Below, in pieces: positions 24,401 through 38,560 of a stretch of DNA of 64,000 nucleotides. The stretch is from NCBI GenBank assembly GCA_047967505.1, contig CM106538.1; one strand, written 5' to 3'. Both the position numbers and the translations under genes were made by a program. The notes under the pieces were generated by a model. That model made no database searches. It was not told the origin of the DNA and was given only the letters and a program-made list of their open reading frames with translations. The DNA is from Dipteris shenzhenensis (taxonomy: Eukaryota). How positions within the stretch are numbered: the first letter of the stretch is position 1; each line of letters starts with the position of its first letter.

Positions 24401-26303
24401 GCTTAATGGGCTAATAACCATTGAAAAAGTCACATAAAATATGGAGCCAAAATTGGTGGAGCAATATTATAGGACTTTTGCGACTATCTTTCTAGCACCC
24501 AAAAAGTTAACTACACAAGATAATACGATGTACAAATCAATACCTACTTCCTTATTTCATATTGTCATACAATTATAGTTACTTAGATATAGATCCTAGC
24601 ATATCATGTAACAACGTTTATGGAAATAAACAAAGTATAACATTGAAAAATGTATGGGAAATGTCTAGATCAACCCACTGACTAAAATGATTGATGATGT
24701 CTATAGGTATATTCCATTTTGAAAAGCACTTTGATATGGAGATCCTAGCATCAACTCCAAATAAAAAGGAAGAGCATCACGACTAGGAATGACATTGACT
24801 TTAAAGGGTTACAATAACAACATGAAAGGAAACCTGCAAGTTTAAGAAAATAATGCTACTTGAAGCATAACAACCTAACTAAGATGACTTGATTCCACTT
24901 TCAAGCATTCACAATGCACTTGATATCCACGTACAAGCATTCACAATGCACTGCATGTTTCTACTTGTGATTCACATGTAGATGTAACCAAAATTTAAAT
25001 TCTATAAAAATTTCATATTACTGTATATTTACTTCATTCCAGTTTATACATTTATATACCACTTTATGTCTTTAGTTAATTCACGCAGTAAAATAAATGC
25101 AATTCAATTTTGTTAAGATGTTCATTCTTTCTTCACACTTGATTTTCATGCATTAATATAAATACAATTTTACTTTTGGTTAAAACATCCATTCTTTCTT
25201 CTCACTTTACTTTCACCCTTAGGCTATCTACTCATCCGAGTTGGACTTTTCTGTGGTCTAACTTTGAAAGATGCATGGCAATTTATACAAGTAAAAAATG
25301 ATGAATATTATAGTAGCTAAAACATTAATTTTTTAATGGATTTTGAAGTTGCAAAAATAAGAGTGTGGTGTGGCTAGATTGTGCACTAGTTGCAGACTGG
25401 GGTGCCTTGAATTCATGAAAGTTTTTTGTTCCTGTGCATTATTGCTCCTCGTCTTTTGTGACAAAATTGCTCGCCAGCAATTGCTCGGCTTTAAATGTCT
25501 ACCTCCCCTCCCCTTACGCAACCAAAACCGCCACATGGCAGTGATTCATGAAGACTAACGGAGTGTTGCCAGTCAAAGTTTGGTGGTGCAAGGGTTTTCC
25601 AGTCAGCAATCCCCCAAATGGAGTGTGCAATTTCGAGCATGTGATCTCCATTGTCACGGTGGGCTTAAGTGCCAATGCACACAAGGTTAAAAATGCATAG
25701 TTGGTGTGACGGAGTCAAGCCAGAAGTCTATTATTTCGTGTGAACGAAAGTATGGCGCCTTTAATACATCTGACAGAGGTTTTGATGAGCTACAAGATGC
25801 TTTGTTTGAGCTGCAAGGAGCTACACAGCTATGTGGCAGGTGCTGATTTGTTGGAGGAGAGATCACGCACCAATGCCAGCGTCCTCCAACCAAGCTTCGA
25901 AATTTGGGCAGCGTCCAAGACTAGCCACCACCAGTGACCAGCCTCGCATTGTACATAGTTTCATTCTACATAGTTGTTGAGACTTTGAAGTTCATTGTAC
26001 ATAGTTTGCAGGTTTGTTGTGAACAATGTGAGCAAGGAGACTTGGTGCGCATTGAAACGCTTTGATCAAACGGGAAGCTGCATGTGAAATGCTGGCAAAC
26101 CGATGCGGATCAGCTGCGAGGTCTGCGAGCAAAGCCCGGGGGGCTCGAAGGTTCCTCACTAGAGCTGAGAACGTTCAGCTTCTCGTGATGCGTGTAAAGG
26201 CTTATATGGTATTGGAGCAGGAGAAGCCGTGGTAAGTGCATCAAATCCAGCTCGCTCCTCTGGCGATATTGTCGAAAGTTTGTTTGGACTTTTGCAAGCA
26301 TGG

Positions 26304-26709
26304 AGGACACCATGCACACCCTCTCCCTGCTATTCCTCGTGATCCTGCCGCAGAACCATCTCCAACACCTGCAGCCACCTCGTTGCCTTCACAGCGGATC
26401 ACCATACAGCATCGATATTGCTTTGTAAAGTTTTGGAGCCACACAGCTTTGGCCAGTAGCTCTACAATTCCATCCGTAGAAATCTCTGCACCTTTACTGT
26501 AGTTCTAGGACACCATGTACACCCTCTCCCTGCTATTCCTCGTGATCCTGCTGCAGAACCATCTCCAACACCTCACCCACCTCGTTGCCTTCACAGCGGA
26601 TCACCATACAGCATCGATATTGCTTTGTAAAGTTTTGGAGCCACACAGCTTTGGCCAGTAGCTCTACAATTCCATCAGTAGAAATCTCTGCACCTTTACT
26701 GTAGTTCTA
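26304..26709. repeat. Near-identical tandem duplication (~203 bp x2) upstream of the AP2/ERF gene
   Basis: AGGACACCATG...CCTTTACTGTAGTTCTA repeated at 26304 and 26507. Confidence 0.95.
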
Positions 26710-27148
26710 CCGTCATCCTATTCTGCAGGCAATTCCTCCGTCCTTATCGGTATCTTCAACATCAGCAGTCCGTTGCGTCCTTGATAAGAATTGACTCGTT
26801 CCTCTCCTCAATCGTGACCATATTACTATATATGGCTTTTGTAAGATCTGTCAACATACTCCCGCTGCAGGCAGCAGGACACACTCACACTCCTGTGACT
26901 CATGTGGCTTCCTTTCGCTTTCGGAGTCGTGGCTCAGTTCTCCTAGTGAACCGCCCTAACTACGGCGGTTCCAGTGCGTTTCCGTGGACAGCTCCATTTA
27001 CGTAAGTCTATTGTGTCCTCGATCCGCTATTCACTCTGCTTTTGACATTTGGATCCCCCAACAGCGTGCTCTGAATGTCGCCTCTGTTTAGCATTGCTCC
27101 ATCCCCCGTCCATAAGAATCTTGCCCCCAACGGATATTGGATCCATCC

Positions 27149-27862
27149 ATGGCTAGCCAATCGTTCTTGTCCCCAGTGGCCAAAGGAGGTCAAGAAAAAG
27201 AGCCGCCCGGCGGAGAGTCGATGACAAAGTTTGATCATGGCAAAGGCCCTAAAACGTATCGAGGGATCCGCAAACGCAAATGGGGCAAATGGGTTTCCGA
27301 GATTAGAGAACCTCAAAAGAGATCACGCATCTGGTTGGGATCATATACAACTCCAGAAGCGGCTGCGCGCGCTTACGACACAGCGGTGTTCTGCTTGAGA
27401 GGACCTTCCGCCGTTCTCAATTTCCCGAGCTCGCCTCCACATATCAAGGCCGATACTTATCCCGCTTTGTCACCCAGGTCGGTACAGAAGGCAGCTGTAG
27501 CCGTGGGGACGGCAACAGACGACGCATTTCAGATATGTACTCCCGCTGCTGCTGCTCTTTCAACTAGGGAACCCCCCCAGCCGTTAATATGGAATTTGGA
27601 GAGCTCAAAGGGGACTCAGGCGAGGATACAAACTCCAATTACCCACGAGGTGTCTACGATAAATCGGACCAATGCTTACAAACCCGATTACCAAGATATA
27701 GTGGAAGATCCCAACAAGTCGCAAGATGTGCCTTGCCCTACTGCACGATTCCAGAAGGCAACAAGCGGCAGCACACCGTTAGCTTTGTTTCCAGGGCAAT
27801 CCTCAGACAACATAGATTGCATAGAGTCTATACCAGATGCGTGCTACTTGAATTATTACTAG
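27149..27862 (+). CDS. AP2/ERF transcription factor, DREB-type, intronless
   Basis: [57 protein letters not shown] (V14/E19 DREB signature) followed by [10 protein letters not shown]; first ATG at 27149. Confidence 0.93.
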   Translation: MASQSFLSPVAKGGQEKEPPGGESMTKFDHGKGPKTYRGIRKRKWGKWVSEIREPQKRSRIWLGSYTTPEAAARAYDTAVFCLRGPSAVLNFPSSPPHIKADTYPALSPRSVQKAAVAVGTATDDAFQICTPAAAALSTREPPQPLIWNLESSKGTQARIQTPITHEVSTINRTNAYKPDYQDIVEDPNKSQDVPCPTARFQKATSGSTPLALFPGQSSDNIDCIESIPDACYLNYY

Positions 27863-29839
27863 CAGCTCTAGATAAGACACGCTTAAGCATCTGTAGTGCT
27901 GTCGGCGAAATCACTCAACGTTCGTGGATTAATTTACATATGAAATGGATCTACCACCGAGATGGTCATGAACACGGTTCTTATTGTGTGTCTTATGTTG
28001 ATTTTATCTCCTTTTGAGAGTAGATCTTCAGACTCGGACGGTTATCGCATGGAGTCACTACTGAATTCTTGCTAATAGAATGGTTAAGCAAGTAGGGACG
28101 ACGATCGCGATGAAGCCAGACTGTATTCGTGATAATAGAAGTCGTATAGTCTAAGCATATAGAATGCTCTCTTGCATGCTTTGGAAGGATGACTAGTATA
28201 AGTCTCTCTCCCAGGTCCGGATCTTGTCTACGTCATCTTTTGTTGTTGTGACCATCCAATTATAGCTTCCCTGCCAAATTGTGTCTACTGAAGTACTAAC
28301 ATAGACTTTATTTCCCGTTTTCTTTTGGCTGGTGTGATATGGCTCCAGCCATGCGGGTTGATGTAGAAGTGAACACTAAAGTTTTATGTCCCGTTAAGTT
28401 GCATTGTTCAAGGATCTTATGCAAAAGATACTTGGTTTTGCATTGTCACGCACAAGACTTGAACTTCATCAAAACAAAAGGTTACTCTTCATTTGGTTCC
28501 ATTTAAGAGAATTGTAAACTTTTCCATCCATAAAAATAATGAGTGCAAAACAAAAGGCTTAAAAGAGGACTCTCAACCTTAGCAAGAAGCATGGTTTTCA
28601 TGAAAATTTAGCATTCATTTTGGGCCATTGGATCAAGTCAAGGATAACATGATCCAAGGGCTTCAATTGAACCCCTTGTGGATTTTGAGCTATCATAGAT
28701 TCTGTACGATCGTTTTTGTTTTGCCGCCCCTAAACTTCCATAGCCGTTTGTACTGCAAGAATTTTGCAATGCTTCCTCTCAACTCTTTGCATGTTTGGAA
28801 CCTCGAATGCAACCTCCAGTAAACAAGGGAGAGCGTATGAGTTTTTCCCAATGCTTAGTGGGGCTTGAAGTGGACGTTCTAGCTTCATTTTTTGGGTCGC
28901 TTTGGGCAAAAACAACTCATGGCAGTATTTGGGAGATTGCACAATATAGAGGTAAGATCGTGGCATTTCTCCCACATTTATTGAAGTTTATAGTAGGGAT
29001 GCAAAGCTATACAAGCTTTCTTGGGAAAATTTGGAGCCTTACGTGTGTGATGGGCACTCTTCTTTACCTGTGCACTCCTTGGAAGAAGGTGCAATGGAAG
29101 CCCTCCATAATCTCCAATGCAGCCATGTGCCAGACGAATGCATTACATTGGTGATCTCATGTAAGAGAAAAGGTGCAAGATATGTAAAGAGAGTGCCAAT
29201 GCACCTATTACACAACCTATACTCTCCCTTGAGCCATCACTTCAACTGCAATTGACCCCTACGAAAGTTACATGTGAAACAACGTTTGTAGATACAATGC
29301 CTTTTGCTATCAATACGTTTATGGAAGCGATGCCTTTACAAGTCAGTCCGTTTGGAGATATCTAGGTGATGAACTGGAAGCAAACATTGGCTCTCCTTGC
29401 GTTGCCTTGGTCTCTCCTACTCATCAACAAAGAGCAAGGCCAAGAAAGTAGAGACACAATGGACAGGGCAGGCCTAGAATTGGTCATAATATTGTTCTCG
29501 ATGGAGAGGAGGCTTTACAACTTTCAAGGCCTTTTTCATCACCCAATCAAGATGCCACTTTGCATCAGATGGAAGCTAATAGAAAGTTTTCAAAGCGAAG
29601 AGTGGGGCATCCCAATAAGAGAAGGGATGGAAAATGGCTTCCTTCCCATGGTTTAGAAGAAGTGAATCAAGATCAATCAAGTGATGAGCATGCAATTGCA
29701 AGAGAAGGAGTGGATCTTGAGGATGAGATCTTAGAAGTAGATGGGCCATTGTTGGATGAACATGATGGTGACAATGAATGGAGCCATGTTGCGACCCCAA
29801 ATTGGAAGAGCGGGAAAGCTTTCAAAACTAAACCATATG

Positions 29840-30719
29840 CTACATTCTTTCCTTTGCCTTCTTTCTTTTGACTTGAAGTTCCATATTTGGGTCAATTGGC
29901 ACGTGAATTTCATGAGATTCGATTATTTCTTATTTTGTTTCCTTTGGATTTAATTGACATGGTCATTACTTGAGACAAATAGATATGCACAAGAGCAACA
30001 TGCACGCACATTGGGTTTACATGAATCCATGCGAAGGTGGAATCCTTTGGACAGACATTCTCTTCTTAGGTTCTTGGGTGTGTCATTAGGAATGCCTTGC
30101 AATTCATGGGCAGTAAAAAAATTTATTGGAAAAAGGGAACACAGGGAGTTGTTACTTTCCCAAACTATGGAGAGAATATGGCCGACTACACCAACTATCA
30201 ACAAATCAAGTGTTTTTTGCATATTAGAGACAATTCACAAAGGCCACTTACTAGGGGAACAGCTAGAGAGCACAAACTTTGGCAAATTATACCCATTAAA
30301 GAGAGGTTGAATGCCAATTTTCAGTAGTATTAAAATCTTGGTATGTCAGTCACAGTGGGTGAGAGGATACCATTTAAATGTAAAATGAATCCATCCCATG
30401 TGTATAATATGAAGAAGCCTCGCAAGTTTGGTATGCAACTATGGAACATGTGTGACTCCAAGGTAGGCTATAACTATTCTTTTCATGTATATGATAAGCT
30501 TCCATGTCCAAAGCTCTCTTTTCATGTAGTCTCAAGTCTTGTTAATGACTTGAGAAGAAAGGGTCATCACATTTACTTTGATAGGTACTTACATAAAGCT
30601 TCTAGGGCACTTGAGAGATGAGGGGGACATGGAGGAGTAGGTACATATGTTTGGTATAGGAAACACTTTCCTAAGAAAGATTTGCTCCACATGCAAAAAG
30701 AGCCTTGTGGAACTTGCAA
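29840..30719 (+). pseudogene. piggyBac-like (DDE_Tnp_1_7/PGBD) transposase, N-terminal half
   Basis: ETNRYA, LLRFLGVSLGM, KLWQIIPIKERLNANF, VYNMKKPRKFGMQLWNMCDSKVGYNYSFHVY, GHHIYFDRY, GVGT...RK motifs. Confidence 0.85.
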
Positions 30720-31299
30720 CACTACAGTGGCATAGGTCCATTTTCGATAAAAATATCGACCTTTTTTACACTTTTTTTTTTTGACAGGCGCAAAGGTCGT
30801 TATTTACGTTGCGGTAGGCATCAAAAAAGAACGGTCGCTATATAAGCGTTGCTATATAGCGACACTAATAAACGTTGCTATATAGCAACACTGGTAAACG
30901 TCGCTATATAGCGACACTGGTAAACGTCGCTATATAGCGACACTGGTAAACGTCACTATATAGTGACGATTAACAGAAGCTTTAAAAAACATTAGTGGGG
31001 CTAAACAAGGCCATAGCAAGCTCTATTTTGCCCCACTAATGTTTTTTATTTAGTAATTATAAAAGAATGTTTTTTATTACAAAATTTCCCTTATGGAAAG
31101 GGTGATACAAAATCGCTCAAATGAAGCGAGTGACAGAAGCATATACATGTCGAAGATATACAACATTGTTTGTTACAAAATTACCCTTTCGAAAAGGGTG
31201 ATACAAAATTGCTCAAACGAGCTGATATACAAAAGCATATATATGGCGAAGTATATGCAAACTACTACTATTACTACTACTGCTCATCCGAATCATCGT

Positions 31300-32842
31300 C
31301 GTCCTCATCCTGCTGGCTTGATCCTTGGCCCTCGTGAGCTGCGTCTACTTCCTGGTCCTCGTGAGCTGCGTCTGATCCCTGGCCCTCGTCGAAGTCATGT
31401 AAGCCGAATCCCTCATCATCACCACTCACCTCCACTGATGGGATGTTTGAGCTTTGATTCTAAGAGTGAAACCATATTAATTAGAAATTAGATTGGAACT
31501 TAAAGAATAAAACAGTTTAAAAAGTGAGATTAAAAGTAGTAGACTTATACCATGCGAGCAGCCACCTCAACCCAATCGACTGTCGCTCCTAGTGCCTCCT
31601 GTGCTCAATAAACCACAGCTTTGTTCCTACGCAAAACGAGCGTCTCGTCTCTGTGTTTGTAGGAAGGTGACCAATCGCAGCTTGCTGTGGGCCCAATTTA
31701 CGAGAGTTAGATAAAGTGCATGCAATATGTAGTAAAACAAATAGAACAATATATTAAATGAGAAGAAGTAGACTTACCACGGTTGCCTCGAACGCCAACC
31801 GTTCACCTGCACCAAAGTGCGAAGTACCTATGGAGTCCAGCCATCTCCTCTTAGCCCTCCTCCGACCCTCGAACATTTCAAGATGGTCCCTAATTAGCTT
31901 CGTCTGCCTAGTTGGGTTTAGCTTTCCCCTTTGCGATGGAAGTATACAAGGTTGACCTACGATGCTTCAAGACCAAACCCATGTGCTCTCACATGTAATT
32001 CTCATTGAACTCCCAATTTGGGGGGTTAGGGTATTTTCTTTTCAATTCATTGATGACTGCCTGCTTCTTTTGGTCATCTTGGTACCACAAGTCAGTAGCT
32101 ATGCTGCTCCTAAAGTGGTGGCTCATCAATTGCCTCATGGTGGCCATCACTGGTGTGTCCTTTTTATCCTCTATTATCTCTCCAGCAGCCGTGATTTGAT
32201 AGGACAGGTGCTCGACTGGGTAAGGAGGACTCATGGTAGTGGCATAGTCAGAGTGAGTAGTGTTTGTGTGAGCGCTTCCGGAGCAAGAAGTAGTAGTGGG
32301 AGTAGGAGAGGGCAAGGGACCTGACTGGTACTGGGTCTTAGGACTAAGTAGAGATCTGTAGGAATGTGAGTGTGCTGACTCGTCTACATCTCCTGAGTCA
32401 GCACAACATAAGCGACCCCTCCTGCTCTTCCTTCCCTTATGATGGGCATGCCTAGGTGATGACCCCTCAGTCAAAGGGGCTAGAGGGGACGACTAGATAG
32501 TAGGTCCAGCGGTCGGTGTAGGAGAGAGATTTGCTGAGGTCCTCTAGGATAGCAGAGAGAAGAATCTTGCTACCTCCTCATCGGTCATCTGTGTGACAAA
32601 CTCGTCGGGACTCCCGACAAAGCCATGGGCTGCTAGCAAAGGAGTTTCCAAGGGGTAGTCAGAGTGCTACACCCGACAAGAGTCGGGCTAGGGGTAGTCG
32701 TAGGGGTAGGCCTCTGAGGTATCGCCTGAGTGGAATCAAAGTCCTTTGGAGAATAGAGATCATAATGTCTCCTCCTATGTGGGTTTTTGTACTCGTCGGA
32801 CGTGCGATGTGATCCCATGTCTAATTTGGGGGGATTGGACAA
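31300..32842 (-). pseudogene. CACTA second ORF (TNP1/Transposase_24-like, spliced, decayed)
   Basis: ORFs 32633-32842 and 31989-32474 continue to ...SIGTSHFGAG...ATV followed by a GTAAG donor; homologous copy at 61400-63030. Confidence 0.55.
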
Positions 32843-32929
32843 ACGTATTCACAAACATGAAAATAAAAAACAAAAGACAAGAGCGAGTAAGAAGCGGAAA
32901 GCATATGAGGGAAAGCATAAGAAGCAAAA

Positions 32930-34290
32930 GAGAAGGAGAAGTATAAGAGAAGGAGAAGAGAAAACAAAGGGGAAAAGAGATTGAAAGAGGGAAAAAGAAC
33001 CAAATATGCATAAGAGAAAAAAGAGAGAAAGCATATGCATAAGAGAAAAAGAGAGAAAGCATATGCTTATGCTTATGCATAAGCATATGAGCATATGCTC
33101 ATGCATAAGCATAAGCATAGGCATAGGCATAGGCATATGCTTATGAAAAGAAGATAAAAAGAGGGAAAAAGAAGAGAAGGAGAAGGAGAAGGAGAAGAAG
33201 AAGGAGACATATGGTCATGCATAAGCATAAGTATAAGAGAAGAAAAAACATATGCTCATGAAAGAGGGGAAAAAGAAGAGGGGAAAAGAAGAGAAGGAAG
33301 AGAGGAAAAGAGATTGAAAGAGGGGAAAAAGAAGAGGGGAAAAGAAGAGAAGGAAGAGGGGAAAATGAGCATAAGCATAAGAGAAGGAAGGGGGGAAAAG
33401 AGATTGAAAGAGGGGAAAAAGAAGAGAAGGAAAAGAGGGAAAAAGAGATTGAAAGAGGGGAAAAAAGAAGAGGGGAAAAGAGATTGAAAGAGGGGAAAAA
33501 GAAGAGGGGAAAAAGAAGAGGGGAAAAGAAGAGAAGGAAGAGGGGAAAAAGAAGAGGGGAAATGAGCATAAGCATAAGAGAAGGAAGAGGGGAAAAGAGA
33601 TTGAAAGAGGGGAAAAAGAAGAGGAGGGAAAAAGAGATTGAAAGAGGGGAAAAAAGAAGAGGGGAAAAGAGATTGAAAGAGGGGAAAAAGAAGAGGGAAA
33701 AAAAAGAGAAGGAAGAGGGGAAAAGAGATTGAAAGAGGGGAAAAAGAAGAGGGAAAAAGAGCATAAGCATAAGAGAAGGAAGAGGGGAAAAGAGATTGAA
33801 AGAGGGGAAAAAGAAAAGGAAAGGAGGGAGAAAGAGATTGAAAGAGGGGAAAAAAGAAGAGGGGAAAATAGATTGAAAGAGGGGAAAAGGAAGAGGGGAA
33901 AAGAAGAGAAGGAAGAGGGGAAAAAGAAGAGAGGAAAAGAGCATAAGCATAAGAGAAGGAAGAGGAAAAAAGAGCATGAGCATAAGAGAAAAACAAAGAA
34001 AGCATATGATTATGCTTATGCATGAGCATATGAGCATAAAAGAAAACGAGAGAAAGCATAAGCTTGAGCTTATGCATGAGCATATATGAGCGAGATATGA
34101 GCATATGAGCATGCATAAGCATAAGCATAAGCATAAGAATAAGCATAGGCAAATACATATGCTTATGAAAAGAAGAGAAAAAGAGAGAAAGATTATGCTT
34201 ATGCTTATGCATGAGCATATGAGGGAAAGAGGGGGGGAAAGAGAGAGGAAAAGAGGGAAAGAAGAGGAAATAAGAGAAGAAAGGGAAAGA
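32930..34290. repeat. Purine-rich minisatellite within CACTA
   Basis: Shuffled units GAGATTGAAAGAGGGGAAAAAGAAGAGGGG and GCATAAGCATAAGAGAAGG. Confidence 0.9.
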
Positions 34291-35439
34291 GAGGGTTCCT
34301 ACACCCATCACTGCAACTTAAGGCGCTAGCTGCAGGCTAATGCAAATAAAGAAAATAACAAAAGGAAAAAAGAGGAAGCACTTTCTTACTTGGAATAGTC
34401 TGGCTCGGTGTTTTGTGGGCTGGCCCTACAAAAGAGAGGAAACATACCATTTTTTAGATAACTTAGAGAAGCAACTTCTCAAAGGGATTGGGTTGATGAG
34501 ACAAGCATAAGCCTACAAATAAGGAGAAAGCATAAGACTACAAACAAGGAGAAAGAGGAGGAAGAGAAATACAAAAAAGAGAAGAGGTGAGTCTTCTTTC
34601 TTTCACCAAATCTCGTTTTTTGTCCTTAACCTCTGAAAATCAAGCATGAAAACTAGCACATAGCCTTAGCAATATAAGGAGAAACATGCTTCAACACTCA
34701 AAAGAGACTCACCTTCTTGAAAAACTTCCTTTCACACAAGCAGAGAGGGAGAAGGGTGGAGAGGGAGCACAAGTGTTGGGAGAGGGGCTGGGTAGGGGTG
34801 AGGAGTGGAGAATAGAGAGGAGGAAAGCGAGGTCGTCGAATATAAGGTGAGAGGAGAAATTTTTGCTTTTCTCGCAGTAGAGATGTGAAAGACTGCATTA
34901 CGCAGGGTTTCGGGTTTAAGCCCCTAGCGTCACTATATAGCGACGTTTATATCCAAAAAGCATCACTATATAGTGATGAAACATGGCAAAATGTTGCTAT
35001 ACAGAAATGGAATAGGGAAAAGCGTCACTATATAGCGATGGTTCAGGCTTTCTCTCTTTTTCTTTCTTATCTCCTCTCTTTTTCCTTCTTTTTTCTCCTC
35101 TCTTTTCTCATTTTTCTCCTCTCTTTTCTCCTTTTTCTTCTCTCTTTTCTCTCTTTTTTCTCCTCTCTTTTCCTCTCTTCTTCTCTCTTTCCTTCTCTTT
35201 TTTCCCATGTGAAGCTTCAATAGCCTACCATTGAGCAAACAAATACAGACTTCTCTTATTCTAATTCAAAGAATGCAAGTCTGTAAATGTCTGCTCAATG
35301 TCTTACAGGTATTCTAAGCTTAATGCTCAATGTCTTACAGGTATTCTAGCCTGTAGGATTAGTGACATGACTTCTTTGTTGCTTTGAGAATCATCATTAT
35401 TCGAAGCTTATGTATGTTTGAATTGTGATAGGTTGCTCT

Positions 35440-38400
35440 AGAAGATGTTGCTTCATCAAATACCATGTCCGCATCAAGAGATGAAGTGAAGAAGATGCTA
35501 ACAATGGTGGCTATGGATTATGATACAATCCATGCTTGCCGCAATGACTGTATTCTCTTTAGTCATGAGCATGGAGATTTGGCTAGTTGTCCGAAGTGTG
35601 GGGAACAATGATATAGAGATGACTTGCAGGGTGAGTAGATACTGGTAAAGGTCTTGAGACACTTTCCCATCATTGCAAGAATATAGCACATGTTCCGATG
35701 CAAATCCATAGCGGAGTTGATGACTTGGCATGCATCTCATCAGTCCATTGATGACACATTGAGGATTCCCGCAGATTGTGCAGCTTGGAAGCACATAGAC
35801 AATCAGTGGCCGGACTTTGCGAGGGAGCCATGCAAATTACATCTTGGGCTTGCCATGGATGGCCTAAATCCTTTCGGGTTATGCTCGACATCTTGGTCGA
35901 CATGGCCCATAGTCTTGGTGAATTACAATATCCCACCATGGCTAACAATAAAGAAGGGACACCTCATGCTTGCACTACTTGTCTAAGGAAGTACAAGGCC
36001 AAAAATATGGACGTGTACATGGCACCTTTGATAGAGGAGTTACAGATCTTATGGAGAGGAGTGCGGGTCTTTGATATTTCTAGAGCTCCTAGACATACCA
36101 ATGATATTTTGTTCAGGGGTATCTTGATGTGGACCATGCATGACTACCTAGGATATGGAGAGTGCGCAGGTACGTGGTTGTGTCTTTACATGTATAATAT
36201 AGGATTATGCTTTTATGAGTATCTTTCACACACGTCTTTTACTAACACATTCATGCACGCGTGCAGGATTTGTTACAAGTGGGTACCATGCTTGTCTTAT
36301 TTGTGGACCGGGTTTGAAGTTGCTTGCACGATACTTCAAACATAGGAGGAAAAATGTTTATGAAGGTCATGCTCAATACCTTCCGCTAGATCATCTCGTG
36401 TGTGGAGGTCAGCTTGATCCACCACCACCATATTTGAAGGCAAGTAACTGGATTTAGACTTGGAGGGCAAATGGAGAGGAACCTCCTCGTGGTATGAAGA
36501 GGCTATTGATCTTTCACGAGCTTCCTTATTGGGGTTAGTTACAAATCAATCATCTCTTGGATCCCATGCATATCTTCAAGAATGTGGGGGCTACTATTTG
36601 GGCACACTTGGTTGGTTCTAAAGACTCGAGAGGAGTGCGAGAAGACTTGCATGCTATGAATAGGATGTATCGTTTGTCGCCCCAAGTGCGTGCTTCGAGA
36701 GAAGTTATTCCCCTGAAAGCAACATGGATCCTCTCCATGAGAGAGAAGGCAGCGATCAAGGCGGACATTGCCTCTTTTCAAACACCCATAGGGTACATGG
36801 GTTGCTTGAAAGGAGCATTTTCAAAGGACAATAAGCTTAGTGGGCTCAAGTCCCATGATTGGCACAAGGTCTTACAGGGATTCTAAGCTGTAGGATGAGT
36901 GTACCAATAATCATGATGCATTAGTGTAATTATGATTATGTTATATTATTGACATGACTTCTTTGTTGCTTTGATAGTTCATCCTCCCAATTACAATAAA
37001 AGGGTGCTTACAAGAAGATGTTAGAAATGCTATATTCAAGATCAGTGGTATTGTGAGGTATGCTTACTATCAAATCGCATTGATTGCATTTTCTTCAATT
37101 TAATATGAACGATTTGTAGACTGAGTATGAATATATCTTACATGGGCATGTGAAATAGGTGGATATCTCAAAAAGAGATCTCCATATCGAGCATCGAGAA
37201 GGATAGGGTGGAATCCATCGAAGTCGTATGCTTGCTTGAGAAGCACTTTTTGTCGAGCATTATGACAACTCAAGTGCACTTGCTTGTGCACATAGTTGAT
37301 GAGGTGGCCATTGTAGGTACCATTCATAATTGGTGGATGTTTTTTCTCGAGTAGTTTATGAAAACTTTGAAGGGATTTGTAAGGCAAAGAGCAATACCAG
37401 AAGCAAGCATGGTAGAGGGATGGCCTGTGCAAGAGTCATTAGTATATATCACGGAGTTTCTTGTATCCACAGATCTCGATATGCTAGAAGCTTGGCATAA
37501 CAAGGATGATGATTGCATCGTTGGCGAGGTTCCCCTAGAAAAAGGGATTGAAAGAAAGATGAGTGAAGAGCAAATGGAGAAATTCAATAAGTTTTGTATC
37601 CTCAATAGCAAGGAGATGCAGAAGTGGATTGAGAGATATGAAGCGGCCAAAGCAGAAAGAATAAATGCAAGGACGAGATTCAGAGTAATGTACAGGCGAT
37701 CGCAACCATATCCATGGGATCTCGCCCTTCTCGCCACTCACATGTCAATTGATTGGCTACAACTGGCTCTCTGTAAAGCCGAATGTGATGGAGAGATAAT
37801 AAACAAGCGCGAGCGAGAGTTATCATCTGGATGTATGATGCATGCAAGTTTCTTTCATCTTGACATAATTAAGTGATTATTTGTTGGCAATATACGCTAT
37901 AAAATAGATGCATCTTCATTGTTTTAATGATGATCTTTTACAGCAAAGTACAGTGCATTATGGTCATATGGATGACATTTTCGTGTGGAATGCATCGATT
38001 CAAAGAGAGTCACGTATGATTGTGGAGTCATGGCTAACTTCAAATACGATAGCCGAGCAAGTGCTTCGGATATCAATCTTCTCTCCTCATAGTTGGATTA
38101 TTGTGGAACCATACGTGAAATCTATGAAATTTGTTTTAGATGATTTAGTCTTTTCATTTTTGATGTAAAATGGTTTAGAACTATTTACAACGGTCCCCAT
38201 GCGACAGTGAGAAAAGACAGTAGCGATTTCTTTCCAATAGACTCCACCAAACTTTGGACTGATGAAAGTGATACTTTTATTCTTGTCGAGCATTATGAGT
38301 AGGTGCATACTAAGGATTTAATTAATTGAAGCTTTGGTTTTTAAAGATCCATTGATACATATCCTTAAGCATAATTTGATATATGTAATTGACGGCATTT

Positions 38401-38560
38401 GGCACCCATCTTTAATATAGGTGGTTTTTCATCCGGATCGTTCTGATCGAAGATGGTGGTACGTGATCCAAGTTGCACCATGAAGTAAGCAAAATTTTGA
38501 AGATAGAGATGTGGATATGGAGATGCCACTACCAATGCCGGATCCAATTGATCCAGATGG
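35440..38560 (+). pseudogene. CACTA TNP2-like transposase (Transposase_21/DUF4218 region), spliced, with stops
   Basis: IHACRNDC..CPKCG, AWKHIDNQWPDFAREP..LHLGLAMDGLNPFG, TWPIVLVNYNIPPW, LMWTMHDY, DPMHIFKNV, GLKSHDWH, MKTLKGFVRQRAIPEASMVEG. Confidence 0.93.

Noticed and set aside
30835-30970. Regular palindromic repeats superficially like a CRISPR array (also 39010-39150 and 60070-60880)
   Set aside because: Eukaryotic context, no unique spacers, no cas genes; explained as transposon subterminal repeats.
30985-31048. CATTAG...CTAATG hairpin as another member of the CATTAG family
   Set aside because: It is a short stem-loop intrinsic to the CACTA left arm (also present at ~61078-61160) and does not match the TIR beyond six bases.
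32775-34329. Long Phe/Leu/Ser/Pro-rich and Lys/Arg/Glu-rich ORFs (up to 351 aa)
   Set aside because: Translations of a purine minisatellite; no domain content.
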